Assembly: GCA_030141605.1 (NCBI GenBank)
Contig: JAQGDQ010000013.1
Location: 882,447-946,446, forward strand
Origin: Tubiluchus corallicola
Lineage: Eukaryota; Animalia; Priapulida
Length of the DNA: 64,000 nt
Direction of reading: 5' to 3'
Shown: positions 1 through 11,600 of the stretch, in pieces
How positions within the stretch are numbered: position 1 is the first letter of the stretch
How the letters are laid out: each line of letters starts with the position of its first letter
Made by a program: the position numbers and the translations under genes
The notes under the pieces: generated by a model
Told to the model about the DNA's origin: nothing
Seen by the model: the letters and a program-made list of their open reading frames with translations, nothing else
Database searches by the model: none

Positions 1-93
1 TTCACTAGTGTAAAAAGTTGTTTGGAAATAAAAGAAGAGTTGTAGAAAACTTTAACTAAATGCTACATTTTCGTCACAAAACAGATTTGATAC

Positions 94-317
94 CTTTTTC
101 ATAGACTCCCTCAGTTCGTCATCAATCCCTTCTGCAGAAATCGGTGTGGCTAGTTTTACTTTTGTCGAATTCGAGTTGGTGTCTTCATCATCACTGCACG
201 CATGCGTCGGAGTTTGTTCGGAATTTGGGGTTTCTTCGGTACTAGCATCGGTGGAAACAGGACACGTTTCAAAGCTTCGACTTGAGGGAATGTTTACCTG
301 AAGCCATCTGTTAATTT
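94..317 (-). CDS. TDRD5: TDRD5-like coding exon 2 (acidic S/T-rich linker, probably leading into a third LOTUS domain); gene continues off the left edge
   Basis: Acceptor ttttttgctttag at 330-318. The phase-1 frame is open throughout (EINRWLQVNIPSS...SDDEDT...GIDDELRESMKK). Donor AAG|GTATCA at 93. Confidence 0.7.
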
Positions 318-999
318 CTAAAGCAAAAAAATATGATGAAGTAAATGATGATGTATGATAAAATAAAGTTAGTTGCTAAGATGACTAATGGATTACTGGT
401 TGGTTAGTAAAGTTAGTAAATTTAAAGGAAGACAGGATGTTTTCTCATATTCCATTTTCAAGTACGGTAAAAAGTATGCATCTTAACATCAATAATACTG
501 CAAAAGCGCATTAAATAGATTAAAATAGACAATTAAATAGATTAAAAACTTAATTAACAGCGAGCGAGCTCAACTTTATGACATCACAAACTAACATGTA
601 ATTTTCAACACCAAAAACATTTTCATGAGCGTATTGCACATGTTTGCGAAAGCGAAAATTGCAGTACAGTGCTACTGTAAGAGATGCAGAGATTCAAGTT
701 TTAAGATAAAAATTAAAATTTCAGATTTACCATTGTACCCACGCATGAGCTGTCGAACTTGTAGAATAGTTTTCCTCAGTGTAGTAGTAATGAAGCGACA
801 GATTGAATACAAAAAATCGTTATTAGGCCCTACTGTTCTTGGGTCCTTGACCAACCTGCATGTGGCCCGCAAGAATTGCGGGAAAGTTTAATGTGGCCCG
901 GCTAGTCAGCTAATTTGCGCACACTTGGTAATAATAGAATAGATAATATTCTAGGATAGGATAATAAAATTAATTAGTATAACTACTGAAATACTTTAC

Positions 1000-1702
1000 C
1001 GTGTGCAGCACTATTAGGCCTAGCATTTTGTTGAGAATTGTTCGTTCTGGTTGATTGATTTCTAATAAAAACTCGTTCTGGTTCTTTAAGTGAGATTTTA
1101 TATCCACCATTGTCAAAGTCTTGTAGTGTTACACCATCAATCGACAATAAGAATTGTCTTAAGCTAGGAAAGCCATATTCTCTATAGTCCAATTCATAAC
1201 CAAAGCGACGATGAAAACTAATTGGAATGGAAGCATCAATTAGACCTTGTGGATAAGCTAATAATAGATCTTCTTTTATTCTTTTTTGTAGATATTCTAA
1301 ACTGCGTGAAAAGCAAGGTGGATTATAGTTTGATGAACTTTGTTTCATAAAACTGGATGTCTTTCCCGGTCTGACGGTTCTAGAACATGTACTTGGGCGA
1401 CTACGACCAGAGCTTTTTTGTCCACGAACTAGTCTGTCTATGTGTTGCGTTGTAGGATCTGCAACCGCGTATAATAAAGTCTGCAGGCCAAGATATTTTA
1501 TTTCGCACACATCTGGCAAAGTTTTCAAGAAATCAAGAACCGAAGAATAGCCAAATTTTTCGTAAGGAATATCCTGACCGGTTTCATGTTTATAATCTTT
1601 AGACAACGCATGCAACGGTAAGCCATGCTTGCTCGAAAGCAGTAGCGATCTTATTAGTTTCTTTGATTTCGCAATTTCTGTTGGCTTATCAGCCATTATC
1701 AT
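1000..1702 (-). CDS. TDRD5: LOTUS (OST-HTH) domain protein, TDRD5/tejas-like (TDRD7 less likely), coding exon 1 with LOTUS domains 1 and 2
   Basis: Translation shows LOTUS1 (KKLIRSLLLSSKHGL...DYKHETGQDIPYEKFGYSSVLDFLKTLPDV) with the extended helix TQHIDRLVRGQKSS, and LOTUS2 (LLLAYPQGL...FHRRFGYELDYREYGFPSLRQFLLSI). IRSLL.S.K.GL and F.RRFG...Y..YGF.S resemble TDRD5 more than TDRD7. Donor G|GTAAAG after 1000 (phase 1). Confidence 0.8.
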
Positions 1703-1784
1703 TTACCATTACTCTACCAAAAAAACAAAACGGAAAACCACGATAAACTCTTCCTAAGATTTCCTCAAGTTATCACCACGAAGT

Positions 1785-2505
1785 TTGTAGGGCGCCGGGT
1801 AATCCAGTAGCCGAAGTATGACACTTCCGGTAAGACGCATGTGCTAAATTTGCTGAAATGCAGTGTCGTTTCATGGGCAGCCCAAGTAGGACACTAACGA
1901 TTTCTGTTGAGCTCGAATTTATGACATAATAAAACAAAAAACTAAATTTGTTTTAGAAAAAAATAACTTTATAATAATGATATATAGTCCCTGATAATTT
2001 GGCAATGTATTCTTTACAACAATATCATCATTAGTATTAGCTCCATTAATCTCATCATTACATTAAACTAAGTATCTAACGCTTTAAAGAGAGAAACTAA
2101 GTAGGGCACATAACTCGCTAACCAGTTTACTTACTAGAAAACAATTATTTGTCCAAGAGGGAGTGAAAAGGATTACCTGTCTGTGAAGCAAGACAAAATA
2201 AATAATGATATTATACCTTAAGCAGATGTTGGAATCGCCTTAAAGTGCGCATATTTCACTTCAAAGAAGATTAATTTTATCTGATGTATAATAAATTATT
2301 CAACGTGTATTGACGTTTTAAATCATTATTATTATTACATAAACAAGGACAACGGACGGTGGCAGTACGCTTAACGACTCACTTCGCGACCTCTCTTTAG
2401 TGTCCTCTACGTGGCAGCCCATGTACGATGAGTTCAACTTGGGCTAGCTAGCCCATGTACGTCAATTGTCTTACTTCGGCTAGTGGCTTACTCGGCGCCC
2501 AACAA
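1785..2505. mobile_element. Old inverted-repeat (MITE/foldback-like) element directly upstream of the TDRD5-like start
   Basis: Left end ttgtagggcgccgggtaatccagtagccgaagtatgaca matches the reverse complement of the right end, ttgttgggcgccgagtaagccactagccgaagtaagaca. A second inner block, catgggc...ggacactaa, also pairs. No clear TSD. Confidence 0.6.
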
Positions 2506-2898
2506 TACTAATAATTAGCGGTGAGGTCTACTTTGCGTACTTCGCGTGCTTCGCGTTGAGCGCACAGGATCATGGGTAAAATGATGTTATTCGATGTGTA
2601 AACAAACCCGCGTGGCAAATTACATTATCGTCAGTTTCAACAACAATTTTAATGGTGTAGAGTGCTGCTACTAATAAAAATGGTAAGAAATTGTAGCTGT
2701 AAACTAGTTGAAAAACTTTCTGACAAGTAGAAACTGAGTTTTACAAATCTCAGTTTGGAACGCTATTCAGTAAACTAAAATGCATTAGTGATGCATTCGT
2801 TTATTTAGTTTTGCATAACTAAAACTATAGATGCCTTCAAGTTACCAGAAGTTTCTAGTGACTAAAAGCTAAATATGGTACTGTCCATCTTTCTGGTG

Positions 2899-3030
2899 AA
2901 AGTGCAAAGTATTTTTTATATATATGAAAGCTGAATAAGGAAACTTGTAAAAGACTCACATTATTAGTGCAAAGTATTTTTTATGTATATGAAGCTGCTG
3001 AATAAGGAAACTTGTAAAAGACTACATTAT
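2899..3030. repeat. ~66-bp tandem duplication
   Basis: agtgcaaagtattttt...ctgaataaggaaacttgtaaaagact...cattatt occurs twice back to back. Confidence 0.8.
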
Positions 3031-3149
3031 TATTATTTAATTCATATTATTTTTTTAATTTGCTATATTGGGTTCATTTTTATTAGCTTTGTTTATTGTA
3101 AATATATACAGATTAGTACTAACAGTACTAATAGTAGTAACTTTTTCAG

Positions 3150-3330
3150 GAATAAAAGTAATATACTAAGTGGTCCACTCACATAGCTTGGGTGGCATCA
3201 GTCATTTAATTTTACGGAAGGAAGAACAGCATGAAATAGTGGACATGTTGCCAACAGGAATATCCATTGGCAAAATTGGACAACCTTGAAGCTGAAGTGT
3301 GTTGAGAGAGGAAATTTACTTTTTACTGTA
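3150..3330 (+). pseudogene. MULE transposase N-terminal exon remnant (HxH zinc finger plus HTH-like helices)
   Basis: After acceptor ctttttcag the frame reads IKVIY*VVHSHSLGGISHLILRKEEQHEIVDMLPTGISIGKI/DNL, with a stop and a frameshift. This resembles the H.H...l.HL.L...r..I...L..Gv....Ild motif of invertebrate MULE transposases (from recall). Confidence 0.5.
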
Positions 3331-4867
3331 CATAAAACATAAGTAGACATTGACAAGCTGCAAGCATCGACTTAGCATTATTGTAATTCAAGAGCTGTGT
3401 TACTGTTGTGGCAAACTGATATGGTTGCAATTTTAACATGTGTAATATGAAGTCTGCTTTAGCTGTTCGTATTGTAAATGCTTGTCCAATTATATGCGTA
3501 AATCAAACACTGTGACATACAATAGCAGTATTAACTAAAATCTTCACAAGGATTTGAAATTTGGCTCCCCTGATTTACATGTCAATATGTGTGCAAAAGC
3601 TAGTTTAAAATGTTTGTGTTTCCAAGCATATATCAATATATATATATATATAAATTAAGCAACAGTCAATTCGACGTTGTTTGCAACTTTTTGTATTTCA
3701 GAATAGCAGTGACAACAAGCATATTTAGAACAACACACAACTAAAAACTAACAACTCACAAACTGCAATAGCCTAAGTAACTCACTAATGATTCCACATG
3801 CATTAGCATTCCAGCTACATAAGTATTGGCACCAGTTATTATAAAATGTGTGCGATCCATTATAAAATATTCTAGAGGCTACCAGCAATAATACAGATAA
3901 ACAAGACACCAAGTGTAGTATTCCTTTGTGTGCTGCTTTGTAAATGCAGCAATAACTGCTGGTTTTACTAGTCTACTAGAACATGTATACAAGAAACTGC
4001 ATTGCAGATAGCTGAAAAATATCTGAGAAATGAAATAATCATGGGCCATTTATCTTTTGTGTGGAAAAGAATGGTGGAACTTGCAAAAACTTATGATGTT
4101 AACTCTCTCTGCTATTTTCTTATGTGATGAAAAACTTTTCATTAGTAAGGGTTGTGACGTCACAGATGTTCTCGTCCGTATTAAAATTATGCTAAAGTTC
4201 ATTTTGTACTGCAAATAAAATATTCACTTTTGTTTTATGTTTGGGTTGGTTTTCTGCCCATCCTTTAATACCTCCCCCCTTTTCCCTGTTCGATGGCGAT
4301 CTTCCCGCCACTTGTCTTGAATGGTAACAGGATATTTTTCGCACTCCTGGAAAAGCATTGAACCGTGATTTTTCCTTATTGCCCCCATTACGGGTTTGAG
4401 CTGCGTTTGAAGCTACACGTTTTGTTGCAGCAAGTTTGAGATCTCATAACTTTTGAGATCTCATAATGAGTTCGTTAGTTTTGGTGTTCTCATCGTAATC
4501 AAATTTCTCTGAGAGGAAACCAGACGGTTCATTGGCAGTGTTACTACCATCCAGGAAACTTCGTCGTCTATGCAATCTGGCCAGGTAGATCATGACGGTT
4601 GTTGGGTGGAGTTTGGAACTGCCTAAGGAGGTTGCCTAGCTGAAGACTGAGAACGAGGAACTTTCCTCTTTTCCTCCGTCATTTGCTGACTCCTAGAGTA
4701 CAGGAGTAAACGGAGACGTTTCGAGACCCTGGATCCTTGTTTCTAACACTTTGGTGGTGGAGTCTGCAATGCGTGAGCCCCAGCAATCTGTTCCGGTGTG
4801 GTTTCTTGATTTTTGAGGTGTGATCCTGGATAACTGGACCCTTGGCTATGACACTATAGACACTTGC

Positions 4868-5000
4868 CGACGTCATCGCTAAATTGCTTCTGCTGCGACT
4901 CAACTTTATAATGAGTTGTAGTATCCAATTCATGTTGTTTGATCACTCGAACGCAATCATTCACATCGGATACTACAACAGTCTTGTATGCAGCAGCCAT
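4868..5000 (-). pseudogene. First exon of a second, convergent gene inside the MULE (weakly CARF-like N-terminus)
   Basis: Strong start context AAAATGGCTG about 70 bp inside the right TIR. Encodes MAAAYKTVVVSDVNDCVRVIKQHELDTTTHYKVESQQKQFSDDV, followed by donor-like G|GCAAGT. Confidence 0.35.
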
Positions 5001-6057
5001 TTTCTGTTCTTCGTTGAATTTCGCGCGTTCCCATAGTCCTGTGCGCAAAATCCGAATCATGCCAACAATTCTGTGCGCTCAACGCGAAGCACGCGAAGTA
5101 CGCAAAGTAGACCTCACCTAAGTTAGCACTTAGTAGCACGCCAAGTTTACTGTGCTGCTCTCTACAAGCGGGTTTCAAAGACCAAATACAGTTATAACTA
5201 TGATAATCCAATGCGAACAAGCGAACCATTTCTGACGATCGGGCCAAACATGAACTCAGTTATTCACTACACAAAAAAAAGGATCGATCTCGCCCATCTG
5301 TCAAAAATTTTAATAACATTGTAAGTGTTAGTGCTTTATGCACAATAATCATACTTAATCTAACTGTATAAGAACATGAGGCATGTAAAGTGTGATTTTA
5401 CGTAGACACCGAATGCACAATATAACAGCGAAGATTAAACACGAAAAGTAGGCCTACACTAGTACAGGCTGTCACTGAATATCTCAACCAATTAATTGTC
5501 CTAAATTTGAAGAACTTCTCTGTAGGCTGAGGTTGCTGAAATCGCAGCCAAATGTCATCAGCAACATAAAATTATAGTAATAGTAACTGTACTAGTAATA
5601 GTAAATTTATTTAGTTTCATAAACTTAATACAATAGTTAAGATGTTATTTAGTGCACATACAAATACAAGCAGTGGTGACAATAGACGGTCACTCAGTCA
5701 GTCATAAGTTGTTATTAGCTAGACCTATTTAGGAATGAGCATCAAACGTTCGAGTTCGAATGAGTTTTTTTTTGTCTGGATTTGATTTGAACGTAAAACT
5801 ATAGATTTGAGCAATTCAACACTTCAACCACATGCGTTCTTTATCATAAAAATGTTCGAAACATCATGCAGTTAGCATAATTTGCTGTGATTTCTGTGCA
5901 TAATTTTTAAACAAAAATTATTAGTGGTTTTAGTAGCGATTATGGATGGTGATGCTTAAACATAATCTGAAGAAACGCTTAACGAAGTAAATCAGCTTCT
6001 ATCATTTTAATCTCACCACTGTCGTACAGTCAAATGATCATGACGTCATATACTATA

Positions 6058-7011
6058 GGTTTTACATGTCAAATGTAGACCTGCGTTAACTCAAATGTAG
6101 ATTTAGGTAAGTCAAATGTGTCTTGGTAACTCAAATGTAGACTTTGGTAGTTCAAATGTGTTAACAATGGTTTTCAACAAATCTTAAGCGCTTTTGGTAA
6201 GTCAAATATAGACACATGTCAAGTGAAATGTGACATTGGTATCTCAAATGTGGATAGGTGGTAAAGCTTAAGGATGTTAAATTTAATCTCCTTTAATCCT
6301 AATTTAATAATTGCTGTGAAAATAATAACTTTATAGGTCTACTAATAGTTCACTAATATTCTGTAAACTTTACGCACCATTGGAACTGTTAGAGAAAACA
6401 ATACATTCTTGAAATAAACAATGTTTCTTGAGAGAAACTAATTCATTAATGCAGTGCTAATGCATTACTTAAAAAACTAATTAGTGATTCACTGTTCATT
6501 GGGAAGTGGGAACCGATTTATTCTTTTCTGCCGACATTTTTTGTAAAATATTGACAAATAAAATGTAGAATTGGTGTATATATTAATAATTGTATAAATG
6601 TTAACTTATTTATGTACAACACTTTTAAGTGTTCTTATCAAATAAACATTTTCTTTACATTTAAAAAATGTATTAACGTCCATACACAAATAGTTGCAAA
6701 TTAATTAAATATAATAAAAATTGATGCTGCCGATAGCACCATGACCATACAATATAATTTTAATTTGGTTTTATCTTTTTGTAATTTGCACTTAAATGAG
6801 CTAATTACCGGTTTATTCAAAGTACCGCATCTACATTTTAGTTACCTAAGTCACATTTGAGTTACCAAAACACATTCGAAATTCCTATTTCTACATTTGA
6901 CTTACCTAAGTCACATTTGAGTTACCAAAACACATTCGAAATTCCTATGTCTACATTTGACTTACCTAAGTCACATTTGAACTTACCTGTGTCTACATTT
7001 GACGTGTAAAA

Positions 7012-7013
<2 letters not shown>
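6058..7013. mobile_element. MITE with TIRs and arrays of TCAAATGT(A)GAC subterminal motifs, inserted in TA context
   Basis: TIR GGTTTTACA(T/C)GTCAAATGTAGAC ... GTCTACATTTGACGTGTAAAACC, flanked by TATA and (TA)n. ~60-bp tandem units at 6830-6990. Confidence 0.8.

Positions 7014-7058
<45 letters not shown>
7014..7058. repeat. (TA)n microsatellite
   Basis: Perfect dinucleotide run. Confidence 0.95.
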
Positions 7059-7060
<2 letters not shown>

Positions 7061-7069
7061 TAATAGTTT

Positions 7070-7224
7070 CATCATCATCATCATACGCCCGTCACGTCTA
7101 TTGTAGACATTGGGCAGGCAGAATTCTAAAATAAAAGAAATCTGCCTTCAGACAGGTAAACGCAGCAGTAATCCAGCAAAAAAACCTAGACACTGCTACG
7201 CCAGTGGTTTGTCAGCACCACTTC
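7070..7224 (-). mobile_element. Short retroposed insertion (5'-truncated LINE or SINE) with (TGA)n tail and 11-bp TSD
   Basis: cgtaatagttt occurs at both 7059-7069 and 7225-7235. The minus strand ends in a stem-loop (ATGTCTA-caa-TAGACGT) followed by (ATG)n. Confidence 0.65.
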
Positions 7225-8442
7225 CGTAATAGTTTTAGTGGAGAAAAAAATCGATTAATATGCATAGTCTTTGTAAGACTGATTTTTGCTGGTGGCTCAA
7301 AAACATGTTCGAAAATCTTTCAATCTCAACTCTAATTCGATTCGATTTCGAAAGTCGCAAATTCGATTCGATTTGACTCGAATTCGCTTTCTAGTAGAGA
7401 ATGCTCAGGATTAGACTTATTGCATGTTTGTATTTTTCGGTACCACTTTTAAACATTTTTCTTATTGTGAAATAAGTTACTGCATCGAAAATCTACAGGC
7501 TTGATTTAAGAGTCTTTAAATTACTGACTAAAGCGGAGTATGTTTATTCTTTAATCGCATAGGTCCTTTAACATAGACGCTGAAAGCAAGTCATGCAAGA
7601 ACTCCACACTTTTCCAAGCCGTCGTCATTCTTTGTGGAACGTATCAGATTACAATTGTGTGAGATATAGTATGTGCATGTTCTAATACTATAATTGATTA
7701 GCCATGTACATGATAACGATCAACAGGATGATGAAAATGATGACGACGACGACAGCGATGAGGGTAAGATGATGACGGTAATTGTATTACTAAGAACATT
7801 AATGATGACAACGATACCAATGACAAGGACGAGGGTGGTGAATGAAAACGCTTTATCCTTGCATGCTTTGACTTGCTATTGCCTTAGAATTCCACTAAGG
7901 AATGTTTCGTGATTGTAGACAGAGTTACATATTCCTAACGAGAGAAAGCATAAAGCAAGCTCACTGTTATGGTTAATAGCTAGCAGCTAGTGCTATTACT
8001 ATTATTATTTATTAGGCACAAAATAAATGCATGCATTTTATACATGTGTTACAGTAAACAAAATTATGATGGCTATGATCAATACGAAGGTTTTGTATTA
8101 ATACGCTCCCATATAATCAAATAGACCCCCCGTCCAAAAAACGAATGCAAATCACATAAAAACTCAACGTTCAGTTACATTGATTTTTCTTACACACAGT
8201 TCTGTGAGCTGGAAGATGCTCAGTGACCAAGGAAGTCGGTGTGAGCAGATTGATTGCTGCCTCGGATACTGCGGCTTCATTATTTCCTACTCTGCTGTAG
8301 ACCGTAGTTTCTGCATAGTCATAATGGAAGTTTTAACACGGCTTTCTCTTTGCAACGAGAGTGTACATTATGTAGTGAAACTACTGAGGAGTGTACTCCA
8401 TGTGGGGAAAGTGTAGCTGGACCAAACGGCTTGTGGCAGGTG

Positions 8443-8679
8443 ATGGAAATGATCTGGTTAATGGTTAACACTTTGTTGATTTATCAATGCTCATGTGCGC
8501 TCGAAGCGCCAAAATCTCGGACATTGGTAGTAGGTGGGATATTTCCCATGACCAGCGGAAGCGGATGGGCTGGAGGTCTGGGGTGCCTTCCCGCGGCTCG
8601 CATGGCTTTAGAGGATGTAAACAATAGGAGTGATATTCTGCCTTATCATACACTTAATATGACCGAGGCCAATAGCAAG
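8443..8679 (+). CDS. GABBR1: GABA-B R1 coding exon 1 (signal peptide, start of VFT)
   Basis: [19 protein letters not shown]...[38 protein letters not shown]...NSK; donor AAG|GTAGGT. Upstream in-frame stop at 8305. Confidence 0.9.
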
Positions 8680-11600
8680 GTAGGTTATTCGTTAGTCGCT
8701 ACTGATATATGTGTAGTATGAAAATTTCCAAGCATGCATGTATGTGCAAACTAGTCCGCTTCTAAAATTAATAATTCGCAATAAGTTTAAGAAATGCTCT
8801 CACCACTATAATATTGAGATCCAAACACTGATCATATATCTTTGAACTTTGATGTAATTTTGTTGTACACATGGTTTTGTTATTATACAGTTACAATATC
8901 ATTACAAAAATTACTTTTAATGACAAAACAGCTACAATAAATAGGAAACCCCAAATTTAACAAAAAAAAAACAAAACAAGGAAAACACATCACTGTTGAA
9001 GTTTATTTTCTGGTAAAAGAAAAATGAAAAAAAGTCACAGAAAAAGTGACCATTTCGGGGAGAGCTTTTATGTTGTTAACACGTTTGTGCAACACTAAAA
9101 CGATATAACCACATTGAAATAACGTAGACGCATAGGCAATAAAAACACAAATGCAAAACGCAGATGTATAAAGTTCATAGTCACAACCGGTTAAGTTCTG
9201 TGACTGTGTCCTTACTTTGTACTTGTGTTTTTCGCTTGTGTTTTTATTTGGTGGTGATGCCGTGTTGTTTACATATGGGTGTAATTTCATTTTTCCACCT
9301 AAAGATAAACTACAGTTGCAGTTTGAAACGTCTTGTTTTTCCCTTGTTTTTTAAATTTATTTTTACAAGAGATTTTTTGCTAACTTAGACTTTATCCCTT
9401 ACTAATCTGTGGTCCGTTGTATATAAGAGAACAGAACACTTTTGTGAGCTACGAAATCGAACTTTTTCGTCTATAGTTAGATCTGGATTACCTTATAGGC
9501 TAGCATAGGCTGCAGTTTAGGGTCCGTCGAGATTAGGGCGCCCATACTTTGCTCAATAATTCAATTAACTAAAAATAAAATTTCAACTTTAAAAAAAGAA
9601 GGCCAGTAAGTCTGAAAATCCAATTTTAAAATGGCTCCTCATTTGAGATAAACGATCATTGTTTGAGGCCCTTTATTTGAGACTAGAGCCTCTCTTTGAA
9701 GCCCTTTATTTGAAATATAGGGTGCAGATATGAAAGTGTTGCTGAAATATATCATTCGAGACCAGTGCGAGGCTGCGAGCAAATTAGAGGGTCCGTCTAA
9801 GGGGCTTCATAATTTCATTAGCCTAGAAGCCGTAAAGGGTCATAATCCGGTCCTGCCTATAGTATGATCATTTCAGTGTTGACCTCTATTATAATTATAA
9901 TAATATAGTAAATCTGATAGATACAATATTCTTGTAAGTGTAATAATGTGATTATCTACAAGTCCCCTGTTGCAATGGCTCTTAATGTCTTCATGTTTGT
10001 GAGTACGTTCTGCGATTTCTAACTATACCGATTTCAGCTGCTTGGAGAAGAATATTTAAGAAACACTAACCTAATTGACGCAATCTCATTTCAGCTGGCT
10101 TCTTTTCGCTGAAGCCATTTATAATTACAGTAACATTTCCACAACTCGCGGCTTACGTCTGTTATCATCTGTGTGCTGTATAGTGTATGTTACGACTGGC
10201 TCGAGAAGACTGAATCAAATTAATGAAATCCCTTCTTGAACCCTGTTTTTACAAAAGATATAATGCCATCTGCGTTCTGAACATATTGTTCTGATGGTAA
10301 ACTTAATGACAGTTAAGGCAAAACTAACAGAAGTAGAAATGGTCAACGAACGTCCCACTTCTTCATTGCTATCCAAAAACGCCGCATCCACGATACATGA
10401 CGTCAAAGCACTGAGTGTCATGGCGGATGATAACGTTTCTTACAGTACCAATGGCCTTTAATTTAAGTTACCATATGACATAAAAGTATGCTTCACAACT
10501 GTTTTGAACGTTGGAAAATATGTAATTCCGCCTGCGCTGTAAAAGAAAATAACATAAAAAATAATGTCATAGGACCGTGGAAATCAGTATTATAGACTGA
10601 ATGATCCAAAGTCCAGTATTGCATAGTCCAGTGATCCATAGAGTTATACGTAATTCTGAGTTGGTGTTGCTTTTTTGGGTTTTGGTGGCATACAATTTTA
10701 CTTTACAGTTGGCATTATAATTTTACAAATTTTGTACTTGAGAAACTATAGAAAAGAATAAAGTATATTAATACAACGCTTAATAATTATACCTTTAAAA
10801 ATTACGTAATCATCAATTCAATTCAATTTTATTTGCACAAATAAATACAGTGTACATTGACAAAGTAATATAAAATACATGTCAAATACTAGATAAACTG
10901 AAAAAATAGTTCGTAATAGGCTTTATGCAAAGTTATTTTTATAGACGAAAATTAAGATATAGGCCTAGCACGTTGATCCAAAAATTACAGTTAATTATTG
11001 TATACTTCAGTAATGAAAAAAGAAAAACGACTTAAGAGTAATACCTGTTTCAGCTTTTTAAATGAAAGGTTATAAAGAATAAAATAATGAAAAAACTGTG
11101 GTTTGAGTCTGCTGTCATACTACGGATTTCTTCTTCTCTAGGAAAGTAAATAAACATTTAACAAGAATCGCGGCAAACAAAACACATGTCGGTATTGAAC
11201 GATGTATTCTATCTTCATCACGGAAAGAAGCAGTCGTAGCTGACAATCCCTTTTTTGTGTCGATCCTTTGAGCACTTGTTGTTATGTTACAGTCATAGCT
11301 GTTATTTTTTATTAGTACACACCGCAGACGCGTCCATGAGCAATATTGACGTGATGATAGAACCATGTCGATTTTGTGAATCGAATGTTCTTCAAACTCT
11401 TAATCGTGTCCTGTTAGCGCGTCCTGATGCTAAAACATAATATCATACTAACTGTGTTCAAGATGTTCCTTCTTTTATGACGCAGCTCAGTATAAATAAA
11501 GTCAAAGATTCGTATAAATTTGATAGGCGTTGCGGAAATAATAATATTTAGTTAAAGTTAAACTTCCCGCTTGTAATTAACATTGCACTAAAATTGTATT

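Larger units (their letters stand above)
2520..5118. mobile_element. Mutator-like (MULE) DNA transposon, decayed, with perfect 48-bp TIRs
   Basis: GGTGAGGTCTACTTTGCGTACTTCGCGTGCTTCGCGTTGAGCGCACAG at 2520-2567 is the exact reverse complement of 5071-5118. Flanks taattagc / taagttagc form a degenerate 8-9-bp TSD. Contains a transposase-like remnant. Confidence 0.8.
5730..7413. mobile_element. Non-autonomous hAT element hosting two nested insertions
   Basis: Imperfect TIR TAGGAATGAGCAT / ATGCTCAGGATTA, TTCGA-rich subterminal motifs at both ends, and 8-bp TSD gacctatt (5722-5729) / gacttatt (7414-7421). Confidence 0.6.

Noticed and set aside
7694-7912. Acidic ORF (DDENDDDDDSDE)
   Set aside because: Degenerate (GAT/GAC)n low-complexity tract with a TTG start and no splice support.
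8350-8442. Cys-rich in-frame extension (ECTLCSETTEECTPCG) before the signal peptide as a Sushi-like remnant
   Set aside because: There is no ATG, an in-frame stop lies at 8305, and the CCP pattern is absent. It looks like a short local duplication in the UTR.
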